In this document: positions 1 through 8,775 of the stretch, piece after piece
How the letters are laid out: the number at the start of each line of letters is the position of its first letter
Position numbering within the stretch: position 1 is the first letter of the stretch
From: Trueperaceae bacterium
GTDB lineage: Bacteria; Deinococcota; Deinococci; Deinococcales; Trueperaceae
NCBI GenBank assembly: GCA_965214405.1
Contig: OZ243956.1
Span: 2,336,001-2,400,000, forward strand
Direction of reading: 5' to 3'
Length of the DNA stretch: 64,000 nucleotides
Translations under genes and position numbers: made by a program
Notes under the pieces: model-generated
The model's database searches: none
Told to the model about the DNA's origin: nothing
What the model saw: the letters and a program-made list of their open reading frames with translations, nothing else

Positions 1-46
1 GCGCCGCCTGCTCCACTGGAAATACAGGTAAAGGGCGGGTGAGACC

Positions 47-415
47 ATGAAAGTCGCTTACATTTTTTCCACCTCGGGCCACACCGCGAGCTACAAGCTC
101 GGCAAGATGATTCTGCCGCAGCTCGAGGAGAACCGCCACGGCGCGGAGGTTCTCGGCATGTTCTTTTTTGACGACAACACGTTTGTGTTGAGAGAGGGCG
201 ACCCTCTGGGCGAACGCCTCGCCAAGGTCGCCAAGGACAAGGGTGTCTTGCTCATGCTCTGCGACCAGTGCGCCGAGGAGCGCGGGCTGGCGAAGCGGGA
301 GGGTAACGGTAAGCTGGTCGCGGCGGGGACGGTTGAGGGCGTTACAGTAGGCTGTTTTCCCGACCTTTACGCCGCTTTGGGGGGTAACCCGCCCGACCAA
401 GTCATTACGCTCTAG
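47..415 (+). CDS. DsrE/SaoD-related sulfur-relay-type protein
   Basis: 122 aa with MILPQLE..HG, GMFFFDDN, CDQC and GCFPDLY motifs, recognised as the DsrE-related (SaoD-like) pattern. Confidence 0.7.
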   Translation: MKVAYIFSTSGHTASYKLGKMILPQLEENRHGAEVLGMFFFDDNTFVLREGDPLGERLAKVAKDKGVLLMLCDQCAEERGLAKREGNGKLVAAGTVEGVTVGCFPDLYAALGGNPPDQVITL

Positions 416-458
416 CTTGATGACTTAATTCAGGAGCGTTTTGTCTTGAGAAGAAATC

Positions 459-896
459 ATGAGCGATGACAACCACTCAGCATCCTTTCCACGAAACGTA
501 GAAGCATACGAACTCCGCGTCGGCTTGCTCGTTACCTTTGACGGTTCACCAAACGAGCTTACCGCTATCTTGGGCATTGAGCCTTCTATAACGAGAAGCA
601 AAGGTGACGCTGTCGCCAACACAGCGGTAAAGCACAAACACAGCATTTGGGAACTAGGATCGGGTATCGAGCCTAAAAATAGCCTCTTCGACGACCACAT
701 CAGTTCGCTGGAAAAGCAGTTGCGCCCAATCAAAGATAAATTTGCACTCTTACCCGCAGACGTTTACATTGAGCTTTCTTGTTACGTAATGAGCCAAGCA
801 GAGGCTCATTATCCCTCCATTCATCTGTCTTCAGCTTCACTCGCGTTCTTTGCCTCGATTGGCGCAGAGGTTGATGTTGATGTGCGTTATATTTAA
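459..896 (+). CDS. DUF4279-like protein
   Basis: ELTAILGIEPS...KGD, W.L.S and C-terminal ASIGAEVDVD pattern; lower GC than flanks. Confidence 0.65.
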   Translation: MSDDNHSASFPRNVEAYELRVGLLVTFDGSPNELTAILGIEPSITRSKGDAVANTAVKHKHSIWELGSGIEPKNSLFDDHISSLEKQLRPIKDKFALLPADVYIELSCYVMSQAEAHYPSIHLSSASLAFFASIGAEVDVDVRYI

Positions 897-919
897 GCAA
901 ATTTAGTCAAGGAGGCGAA

Positions 920-1318
920 GTGTCAGACGCCGCTATACACATCCACGAGCTAAACCACGTGTCGCTCTACCCGCGCGACTTTGACGCCTCCGTGCGCTTT
1001 TACGAGGATGTTCTGCAACTGCCGCGCCTCGAGCCGCCCCCATCGGACTTCCCCATCGCTTGGTTCGCACTCGGCAATCAGCAGCTTCATCTGATACAGG
1101 ACACAATGAACCGGGACAAAGAGCGCCATTCGTATCATCTGGTGTTGCATGTTGATGATGTTGTCGCGGCGCGGGCGTATCTTGAGAGCGAGAGCGTGAC
1201 CATCACGCGCGGACCCGACAGGCGGGGCGACGGGGCGTTGCAGATTTGATTTAACGACCCGGACGGGTATCGGCTCGAGCTGCTGTCCTTTCTAAAAACG
1301 GACAGTGGCGTTGGTTAG
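920..1318 (+). pseudogene. VOC/glyoxalase family protein interrupted by in-frame TGA at 1247-1249
   Basis: LNHVSL, FYEDVLQL, QLHLI, HLVLHV; after the TGA the same frame continues FNDPDGYRLEL (conserved VOC motif) to TAG at 1316-1318. Confidence 0.75.
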
Positions 1319-1360
1319 CAGCAAGCGCCGTGCTAAAGTTGAAGCCTGCGAGGTGCCGAC

Positions 1361-1579
1361 ATGTCAGTTCCCGATCCCCTGATTACGACCTCCCCCGACC
1401 GGCTTAGCGGAACGCCCGTTTTTGCCAAGACGCGGGTGCCTGTCCAGACGCTTGTTGACTACCTCGAGGCCGGAGACTCACTGGACGATTTTCTAAAAGA
1501 CTTTCCGAGCGTTTCCCGCGAGCACGCCGTTGCTGGGTTAAAAAGCTGTGTTAAAACTCGCCAAAGCTGCGCTTCTTAA
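1361..1579 (+). CDS. DUF433 family antitoxin-like protein
   Basis: LSGTPVFAKTRVPV..LVDYLEAGDSLDDFLKDFPSV signature. Confidence 0.85.
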   Translation: MSVPDPLITTSPDRLSGTPVFAKTRVPVQTLVDYLEAGDSLDDFLKDFPSVSREHAVAGLKSCVKTRQSCAS

Positions 1580-1728
1580 CGGGGCCGTAGCAGCGTAAGC
1601 TACAGCGCCGAGAGTGCATTCTCTCTGACAGCTGCATACCGCATGAATTTTTCTTGACGCTCATCTACCCAACATCCAAGTAGCCCTGAAAAAGTTTCAC
1701 GTTAAGATGCCTTCGTGAAGGCGTCCAC

Positions 1729-3375
1729 GTGAGCATTGCCCCGACGGGAGAGCGCGCCAAAAACTTTGGTGCTTTTTACACCGACCGGGCCGTCGCCGAC
1801 TTTCTGGTGGGCTGGGCGGTTCGGTCAGGGGCTGACCGCGTGCTCGACCCGAGCTTTGGCGGGGGCGTTTTTTTGGAGGCCGCGTTAAGGCACTTGGGCG
1901 ATGGACGCAGCCTCTACGGCGTCGAACTCGACTCGGAGGTCCACGCGCGCGTGTCGGGTGATTTTGCGGCTCGAGCCCTCCCCCCCCAAAACCTCATTCA
2001 CGCAGACTTTTTTGATGTAGAAACGAGCGAGTCGGGCCTTCCCCCACTAGACGCGGTGGTGGGCAACCCGCCCTTTATCCGCTACCAAAAATTTTTGGGA
2101 GAAAGTAGAACCAAGGCGCTGGCGCGCGCGGCGGCGCAGGGGGTGAGGTTGAGCGGGCGCTCGAGCGCCTGGGCACCCTTTCTCGTCTACAGCGTTTCGC
2201 TTCTCAAATCCGGCGGCAGGCTGGGTATGGTCATTCCGGTGGAACTCGGTCACGCTGGCTACGCGCGCCCGGTGCTGCGCTATCTCACCCAGTCGTTCGG
2301 CTCGGTGACGCTGTTGACGTTCAGAGAACCGCTTTTTCCCGACCTGAGCCAGGGCACGCTGCTCCTTTTAGCTGATAAACGGGGGGCTGCTTTTGACGGC
2401 CTCTTTTGGCGCGATGTGGCGTCGGTGCGGGACCTCGAGTCATCGCATACGTATTCACAAGCCGTTCGCCTGAACGCGCCCGCGCTGCTCGAGGGAAAAG
2501 ACAAGCTCGTCAGTTATTTCGCGCCCCCGGATGCTCGAGGCCTCTACCGAGAGCTAGCCTCGAGCGAGAACGTAAAGCGGCTCGGTGAACTCGCAGAGGT
2601 GGGTATCGGCTACGTCACGGGCGCGAACGGGTTTTTTCACCTTAGCGAAGAGAAGGTGGCGCGGTGGTGTATCCCGGAACGCTTTTTGCGCCGCGCCGTT
2701 TTTCGTGGTGGTGCCCTCCGCGGAACCCGTTTTTGGCGTGAAGACTGGACAGAAGGCGCGGAACACGGCGACGCTGGTTTTTTGTTGTGCTTGGGTGACA
2801 CGCCGCTAGACAATTTGCCGGAGGGGGTGAGGCGTTACCTCGAGCACGGCGAGGCGGCGGGCGTCCATAGGGCTTACAAATGCCGCATCCGCTTCCCCTG
2901 GTACGTCGTGCCGCACGTGCGTGAAGCCGACGCGTTCCTAACCTCGATGAGCGGCTCGAGACCTCGCCTCGTGGCAAACGAGGCGGGGGTGGTCGCACCC
3001 AATACCCTGCACGTCGTGCGCTTGCGGTCTCACAGTCTGGTATCTAAAAGTGCTCTGAGCGCGCTTTGGCAGACCTCGCTCACAAGTTTGAGCGTGGAAC
3101 TCGAGGGCCACGCGTTAGGCGGTGGGCTGCTCAAGCTCGAGCCGAGCGAAGCCAAACGCGTCCTCGTCGCCCTGCCGTCAAATGGGGAATTAGTAGGACT
3201 GACGGAAGAGCTTGATATCCTCTTGCGCAAAGGAGAGAGTCACGCCGCCCGCCAACGTGCGGATGAAGTTATTTTGCAAGGCGCACTCGGCTTGAGTCCT
3301 GGGGAATGTAACCTCTTGCGCGAGGCAGCCCGCACGCTCCGCGCGCGCAGGTCTAAGCAGAGCGGAAAAGAATAA
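1729..3375 (+). CDS. N6-adenine DNA methyltransferase (gamma class), no adjacent restriction gene
   Basis: GAFYT (motif X), VLDPSFGGGVFL (motif I), VVGNPPF (motif IV), followed by a long C-terminal target-recognition region. Confidence 0.9.
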   Translation: MSIAPTGERAKNFGAFYTDRAVADFLVGWAVRSGADRVLDPSFGGGVFLEAALRHLGDGRSLYGVELDSEVHARVSGDFAARALPPQNLIHADFFDVETSESGLPPLDAVVGNPPFIRYQKFLGESRTKALARAAAQGVRLSGRSSAWAPFLVYSVSLLKSGGRLGMVIPVELGHAGYARPVLRYLTQSFGSVTLLTFREPLFPDLSQGTLLLLADKRGAAFDGLFWRDVASVRDLESSHTYSQAVRLNAPALLEGKDKLVSYFAPPDARGLYRELASSENVKRLGELAEVGIGYVTGANGFFHLSEEKVARWCIPERFLRRAVFRGGALRGTRFWREDWTEGAEHGDAGFLLCLGDTPLDNLPEGVRRYLEHGEAAGVHRAYKCRIRFPWYVVPHVREADAFLTSMSGSRPRLVANEAGVVAPNTLHVVRLRSHSLVSKSALSALWQTSLTSLSVELEGHALGGGLLKLEPSEAKRVLVALPSNGELVGLTEELDILLRKGESHAARQRADEVILQGALGLSPGECNLLREAARTLRARRSKQSGKE

Positions 3376-3394
3376 ATTTTACCGGCGCGTTCTC

Positions 3395-5050
3395 CTAATC
3401 CCGCCCTTCCTGCACGCTGTCCAGACGAAACCAGCGGTAGCCGTAGCCGTCCAACGCGACCTCGTGCGAGCTGCCGACGTCGTCGTAGCGTTTGTCTCCC
3501 AAGAGGTCGATAAGCTTGCGGGCGTCGTATTCGCTCAAGTCGAGGGTGACGGTGCGCGCCTCTTCGGAAAAGTTATGCACCGCCATCACCGCCCCGCCGC
3601 GCCACGTGCAGAGGTGGGCAAACACGGCGGGGTCGCCCGTATCCAGGATGCGCGCCTCGCCCCAGCCGAATTCGGGGAGGTCACGGCGGGTGCGCACCGC
3701 CCGCTCCATCCAGTTGAGGAGCGAGTCGGGCTCGAGCCGCGCGTCCGCCACGTTGACCTGTTCAAAGCCGTAAGGTTCCCCTTTGATGAGCGGGCGGATA
3801 AGGTCCTCCTCGGGCGCGGTCGAAAAGCCGCCGTTGGGCTCGCCCGACCACTGCATGGGCGTGCGTACGCTGTTGCGCTCGCCCAATTCAAGATTGTCGC
3901 CCATCCCGATTTCCTCGCCGTACCGCAGCACGGGCGTGCCGGGCAGGGTCAGCAGCAGGCTGTGCGCCAGCCGCAGCTTGCGCGCGTCCCCCAGCATCGG
4001 CGGCAGGCGGCGGCGGATGCCGCGGTCGTACAAGCGCATCGTCTCGTCGGGGGCGAAAATTTTGAAGACCTCCGCGCGCTCCTCTTCGCTAAGCCGCCCT
4101 AAGTCGAGTTCGTCGTGGTTGCGCAAGAAGTTGGCCCACTGTCCCGAAGAAGGAATGTCGGGGGGCTTGCGAAAGCCCTCCACAAGCGGCGTCGCCTCCT
4201 CCCGCGCCAGGGCCAGAAAGAGGTGCTGGTTGAGCATGAAGTTAAAGAGCATGTGGAGCTTCGTCCCGTCGCCGAAATAGTCGGGCACCCGGTCCATCGC
4301 CACGTTGGCCTCGGCCAAAAGAATCGCGTCGCCGCGCCGCCAGGACAAGAAGTCGCGGAACTCGCGCAGGTAATCGTAGGGCTCATCGACCTCGATGTCC
4401 GCGGCGGTCCCCTCGATGCCCTTGAGTTCGATGACAAAGGGGGCGGCGTCTACTCTAAAACCCGAAACGCCCAGCTCGAGCCAGAAGCCCATGATTTTGC
4501 GAATCTCCTCGCGCACCTCCTCGTTGGCGATGTTGAGGTCGGGCTGGTGCTTGTAAAAGCGGTGCAGGTAGTAGGCGTCGACCCCCGCCTCATGGCTCCA
4601 GGTCGTCTCCTGCACGCCGGGAAAGATAACGCCCTCGTCGGCGTCTTCGGGCTTCGTGTCGGACCAGACGTAGTAATGGTGATAGGGCGAATCTCTATCC
4701 TGACGCGCGGCCTCGAACCACGGGTGCTGGTCGGAGGTGTGGTTGATAACCAAGTCGATGATGACCCGGAGCCCCCGCTCTCGCGCTTCGGTCATGAAAT
4801 CCACAAAGTCGCCCAGCGTGCCCAGGCGCGGGTCCACGCTGTAGTAGTCCATCACGTCGTAGCCGTTGTCGCGGTTCGGGGTCGGGAAAAAGGGCAGCAG
4901 CCACAAGCAGGTGACGCCCAACCCCGCGATGTAGTCGAGGCGCGCGGTCAGGCCGCCAAAATCTCCGACGCCGTCGCCGTTGCCGTCAAAGTAGGTTTCT
5001 ACGTCGAGGCAGTAGAGGATGGCGTGTTTGTACCAGAGGTTGCGCTTCAC
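3395..5050 (-). CDS. treS: GH13 alpha-amylase family, trehalose synthase (TreS)-like
   Basis: DGNGDGVGDF, DNGYDV, DLVINHTS, GFRVDA, FLRNHDEL, RTPMQW motifs. Confidence 0.8.
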   Translation of the reverse strand: MKRNLWYKHAILYCLDVETYFDGNGDGVGDFGGLTARLDYIAGLGVTCLWLLPFFPTPNRDNGYDVMDYYSVDPRLGTLGDFVDFMTEARERGLRVIIDLVINHTSDQHPWFEAARQDRDSPYHHYYVWSDTKPEDADEGVIFPGVQETTWSHEAGVDAYYLHRFYKHQPDLNIANEEVREEIRKIMGFWLELGVSGFRVDAAPFVIELKGIEGTAADIEVDEPYDYLREFRDFLSWRRGDAILLAEANVAMDRVPDYFGDGTKLHMLFNFMLNQHLFLALAREEATPLVEGFRKPPDIPSSGQWANFLRNHDELDLGRLSEEERAEVFKIFAPDETMRLYDRGIRRRLPPMLGDARKLRLAHSLLLTLPGTPVLRYGEEIGMGDNLELGERNSVRTPMQWSGEPNGGFSTAPEEDLIRPLIKGEPYGFEQVNVADARLEPDSLLNWMERAVRTRRDLPEFGWGEARILDTGDPAVFAHLCTWRGGAVMAVHNFSEEARTVTLDLSEYDARKLIDLLGDKRYDDVGSSHEVALDGYGYRWFRLDSVQEGRD

Positions 5051-5163
5051 GTCACGTCACTCCGTAAAAGAACCCTGTAAAGGGATGCTCGAGGCACGGA
5101 CTCTCTGCCGCGCCCCGGAGGAACATTTCTCGTCTTCCCTGCTATCCTCGACATGTCGGTTAC

Positions 5164-6123
5164 TCACTTCCCGAACGCGGGCAGCACGCGCTCCCCAAAG
5201 GCGTCGATGAACTCTTCTTGATTGCGGCAGACGTTGTGGACGTACACGCGCTCGAAGCCGAGTTCCCTATCCTCTTGGAGCCAGGCCGCGTGTTTGTTGG
5301 GGTCGGCGGACACGCGCACCTTGTCCTTTACATCTTCGCGCCTCACCCGGCGCGCGGCTAAGTCGAACTGCTCGGTGGTGCGGAGTTCTGTCAAGACCGC
5401 GGAGCCGAACATGTTGGTGCGCCACTGGTCATAAGCGCCCTCGAGCGCCTCCTCGTCCGTACGCGCGTAGGCGTGTTTGGCCTGGAGGTACATGGGCTTG
5501 CCCTCGCCGCCGCCGCGGCGGAAGGCCTCGACGACTTCTTTAAGTTTTTCAGGAGGCCGCGACACCGTGATAAAACCGTCCGCCCAGCCCGCCACCCATG
5601 CGGCGGTCTCGGGCGTGACCGCGGCGGCGATAACGGGCGGGGATTCTTTGGGTAGGGACCACACCTTGGCGTTCTCCACGCGGATGGTGCCCTCGAAATC
5701 CACCCGTTCGCCCCGCCAGAGGGCGCGCATCACCTCGACGGATTCTTTCAGCCGCTGGTTGCGCTCCGGCTTGGTCGGCCAGCGTTCCCCGGTGATGTGC
5801 TCGTTTAAGGCTTGCCCGCTCCCCGGCGCAATCCAAAAGCGGCCCGGAAACATCTCGGCGAGCGTCGCGGCGGCCTGAGCGATGACGGCGGGATGATAGC
5901 GGCCCCCCGGCGCGTTCACCACGCCGAACGAGAGGTTGGTCGCCTGCAACGCCGCGCCCAGCCACGACCAGGCAAAGCCGCTCTCGCCCTGCCGGACGCT
6001 CCAGGTGTGGATGTGGTCCGAACACATCGCCGCGCCAAAACCCGCGGCCTCGGCGCGCCCGACGAGGTCTAGTAGCGCGCTCGGCGCGAACTGTTCGTGT
6101 GAGGCGTGGTAGCCGATTAGCAT
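5164..6123 (-). CDS. LLM-class flavin-dependent oxidoreductase
   Basis: IGYHASHEQF, MCSDH, YHPAVIAQA, GSGQALNEHITG. Confidence 0.85.
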   Translation of the reverse strand: MLIGYHASHEQFAPSALLDLVGRAEAAGFGAAMCSDHIHTWSVRQGESGFAWSWLGAALQATNLSFGVVNAPGGRYHPAVIAQAAATLAEMFPGRFWIAPGSGQALNEHITGERWPTKPERNQRLKESVEVMRALWRGERVDFEGTIRVENAKVWSLPKESPPVIAAAVTPETAAWVAGWADGFITVSRPPEKLKEVVEAFRRGGGEGKPMYLQAKHAYARTDEEALEGAYDQWRTNMFGSAVLTELRTTEQFDLAARRVRREDVKDKVRVSADPNKHAAWLQEDRELGFERVYVHNVCRNQEEFIDAFGERVLPAFGK

Positions 6124-6235
6124 ATGAAATCCGATGAGGCTCGAGCACTCCCGTTATAAATCATCATTCCTCCCCCAAAAGCTTTGGCGACAAACTCAAC
6201 AGTCCGCAGCAGTATAACAGCCCTCAGCAAAGCGC

Positions 6236-7441
6236 CTAGAGCAGGCTTCGGTAGAACTCGAGCGTCTCCTCCGCCACCGCCCGCCACGAAAAGCGTTCCT
6301 CGACGCGCGCACGTGAAGCTTTACCCATCGCCGCCGCGCGCTCGGGGTCGTTTAGAAGCTCGTTCACGGCCGCCGCCAAACCTTTTGAAAACCGCTCGGG
6401 ATCTTCCGGCTCAAAGTCCTCGCCCGCTTCCAAAGGCACGAGCAGCCCCGTCTCCCCCGGCACGACGATTTCGGGGATGCCCCCCACCGCGGAGGCCACC
6501 ACGGGCGTCTCGCAGGCCATCGCCTCCAAGTTGATGATGCCGAAGGGCTCGTAGACCGACGGGCAGACAAAGACCGCCGCGTGGCTGTAAAGAACGATGA
6601 TGTCGTCTTTGGGGATCATCTTGGGAACCCAGACGATATTTTGGTCTCCGCCTCGAGCGCGCTCGACGGCGGCGGTCATCTCGAGTTCAATCTCTTTCGT
6701 ATCGGGAGCGCCCGCACAGAGCACCACCTGCACGCCGGGTTGGAGATACTTTATCGCGTTCACGAGATGCAAAATCCCCTTTTGCCGGGTGATGCGCCCC
6801 ACAAAGAGCACGAACGGCACCTCCGGGTCCACGCCGTAACTTTTCAAGACCGCCTCGTCATAGGTCGGGCGATACTGCTCGGAGTCGATGCCGTTGGGGA
6901 TGACGCGGATGCGCTCCGCGGGCACGCCGTAAAGCTCCCCCACATCGCGCTTCATCGACTCGGACACGGCGACGACGCCGTCGGCATTTCCGTAGGCGGT
7001 CTTTTCAATCCAGGAGCTTGCGTAGTAGGCCGCGCCTAGCTGCTCGACCTTCCAGGGGCGATGGGGCTCTAGTGAATGCGTCGTCAGCACCAGCTTGGCC
7101 CCCGTGAGCGGCTTGACGAGGAGGCCCGCAAGGTGCGTGTACCAGGTGTGACAGTGGACGATGTCCGCCCCCTCGACCTGACCCGCCATGATGAGGTCGC
7201 GCTGCAAGGTGTCCATCAATTTCTCAAAGCGTGGGTCCGCCGCTTTCGGTACGCTTTCGGGGGTGACGCCTTGCACGGTGAGATTGTCCCGCGCCTCCTC
7301 TTGGTCGCCGAAAGAAAACACCTGCACGTGGTTCGCGCCGCCCTCCAAACGGGCGAGTTCACGCGTGAGGTATTCCATGTGGACGCCCGCCCCGCCGTAA
7401 ATGTGCGGCGGGTATTCGTTGGTCAGAAGGGTGATATTCAT
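6236..7441 (-). CDS. glgA: GT4 glycogen synthase / maltose-1-phosphate synthase (GlgA/GlgM type)
   Basis: TNEYPPHIYGGAGVH, HSLEPHRPWK.EQLG, VGRITRQKG, YEPFGIINLEAMA; ATG at 7441 follows GAAAGGA. Confidence 0.88.
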   Translation of the reverse strand: MNITLLTNEYPPHIYGGAGVHMEYLTRELARLEGGANHVQVFSFGDQEEARDNLTVQGVTPESVPKAADPRFEKLMDTLQRDLIMAGQVEGADIVHCHTWYTHLAGLLVKPLTGAKLVLTTHSLEPHRPWKVEQLGAAYYASSWIEKTAYGNADGVVAVSESMKRDVGELYGVPAERIRVIPNGIDSEQYRPTYDEAVLKSYGVDPEVPFVLFVGRITRQKGILHLVNAIKYLQPGVQVVLCAGAPDTKEIELEMTAAVERARGGDQNIVWVPKMIPKDDIIVLYSHAAVFVCPSVYEPFGIINLEAMACETPVVASAVGGIPEIVVPGETGLLVPLEAGEDFEPEDPERFSKGLAAAVNELLNDPERAAAMGKASRARVEERFSWRAVAEETLEFYRSLL

Positions 7442-7633
7442 ACGGGGTGTCCTTTCAAGAGTTGGCAAGTTAAAGAGATGCTGGCGTGAGAGGGCTGTGT
7501 GACGCAGTGTTGGTGAGGAGCTTGAGAGGAAAGCTCGAGCTGTCTGCTCCCGATGATGAGCCACAGTTTATCGCGCTTTATGCAATCCGCGCGCCTTACC
7601 CTCGGCTCTACCACAAACGCTTCCGATTGAAAA

Positions 7634-7679
7634 GGTGAGTACACTTACCTTGTCTCATGAAAATATGAAATTTCTCACA
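7634..7679. promoter_or_regulatory. Two CRP-like boxes in the divergent glgA / secreted-protein intergenic region
   Basis: GGTGA-gtacac-TTACC (7634-7649) and TATGA-aatttc-TCACA (7664-7679). Confidence 0.4.
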
Positions 7680-7781
7680 GGCTTACGGGTTTCACTTTGG
7701 GGGCGTAAGCGGGTGCTGCGAACCTGGCTATCGGGCTTAGGCTCCCCCACCCCAACGAGCACACAATCCGGGAGAAAGATC

Positions 7782-8207
7782 ATGAGCCACAAATTAGTTT
7801 TGGTGCCGCTCGCGTTGCTGTCGGCTTTACTGTTGTCCGCCGCAGCGCTACTCGCTGCGTCACTGTTGACCCTGTCAAAAGCCGAGGCTGGCCCCATTCC
7901 GCTCAACAGAATCACGGCCTACAACGCGGTCGCGGGCCAGACCGACGCGTCGCCCCACATCTCCTCTTGCGGTCCGACCTTAGAAGACCAAATCGCGGTG
8001 AGCCAAGACCTCTTTTTCGCGGGCCGCGCCAAGCACCTCTGCGGCAAACGCGCCACCATCGTGACCGCTGACGGCAGGGAGTTCGAGGGCGTCATCAACG
8101 ACACGATGAACCGCCGTTATACAAATTCTGCGGATATCTTGTTTCAAAATTATGGGGACGCGAAGAAGTTTGGGGTGAGCGAAGGGTATTTGCTTATCAA
8201 CCAGTAA
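7782..8207 (+). CDS. Secreted 3D/DPBB-like (lytic transglycosylase-related) protein
   Basis: Hydrophobic N-terminus, then ITAYN...QTD, IAVSQDL, DTMN.RY...DI pattern; start refined to the ATG after GGAGAAAG. Confidence 0.6.
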   Translation: MSHKLVLVPLALLSALLLSAAALLAASLLTLSKAEAGPIPLNRITAYNAVAGQTDASPHISSCGPTLEDQIAVSQDLFFAGRAKHLCGKRATIVTADGREFEGVINDTMNRRYTNSADILFQNYGDAKKFGVSEGYLLINQ

Positions 8208-8751
8208 CGTTAAGGCCCGCATAAACGTCTGAAAGCGTGAGGGAGATCTCGAGACAAGCAATGGGCACCTCGCCCCCATCCTCCCACACCTGCACTTGCC
8301 AGCCCTGCGCCGTGCGGCTATAGCCCTCCACACGCCTTTTCTCGGGATCTATCAGAAGGTAAGTGAGGAGGCTGGGTAGGGTCAGATAGACGTCCAGCTT
8401 CTCACACCTGTATATAGAGGCCGTGGAAGGTGAGAGGATTTCAGCGATGAAACAGGGCTGCGTTTTGAAGTAGGGGTCTGGGTCTTCGGCGCAAACGACC
8501 ATGACGTCGGGGTAGTAGAACCGCTCGTCTACATACACTTTCATATCGTTCACGTAAACCTGACACCCGCTCGCCCGGCTCGGTTCGTAAAGTCGCGCGA
8601 CCAAGTTGACCGCGACGCGGTTGTGGCTGTCGCTCGCACCCCCCATTGCGTGCAGAATGCCGCCCACGTATTCGTGTTTGACGGGAGAGTGACGCTCGAG
8701 TTCCAAATACGCTTCGGCGCTCAGAAGCTCGAGCCTTTTCACCGTACTCAT
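8197..8751 (-). CDS. Uma2 family PD-(D/E)XK endonuclease-like protein
   Basis: KHEYVGG, YYPDVMV.C, AEILSPST; leaderless TAGGCT box upstream. Confidence 0.88.
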   Translation of the reverse strand: MSTVKRLELLSAEAYLELERHSPVKHEYVGGILHAMGGASDSHNRVAVNLVARLYEPSRASGCQVYVNDMKVYVDERFYYPDVMVVCAEDPDPYFKTQPCFIAEILSPSTASIYRCEKLDVYLTLPSLLTYLLIDPEKRRVEGYSRTAQGWQVQVWEDGGEVPIACLEISLTLSDVYAGLNVTG

Positions 8752-8775
8752 ACTTCAGAGCCTACCTCTCACACC

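Noticed and set aside
4115..5080. 321-aa plus-strand ORF and similar long antisense ORFs (9409..10188, 17567..18316, 20490..21350, 32386..33312, 44293..45099, 58519..59226)
   Set aside because: Shadow frames of well-supported GC-rich genes on the opposite strand, with no motifs.
8197..8751. Uma2 proteins as the cognate restriction enzyme of the methyltransferase
   Set aside because: They are not adjacent, and Uma2 genes are commonly multicopy and stand-alone.
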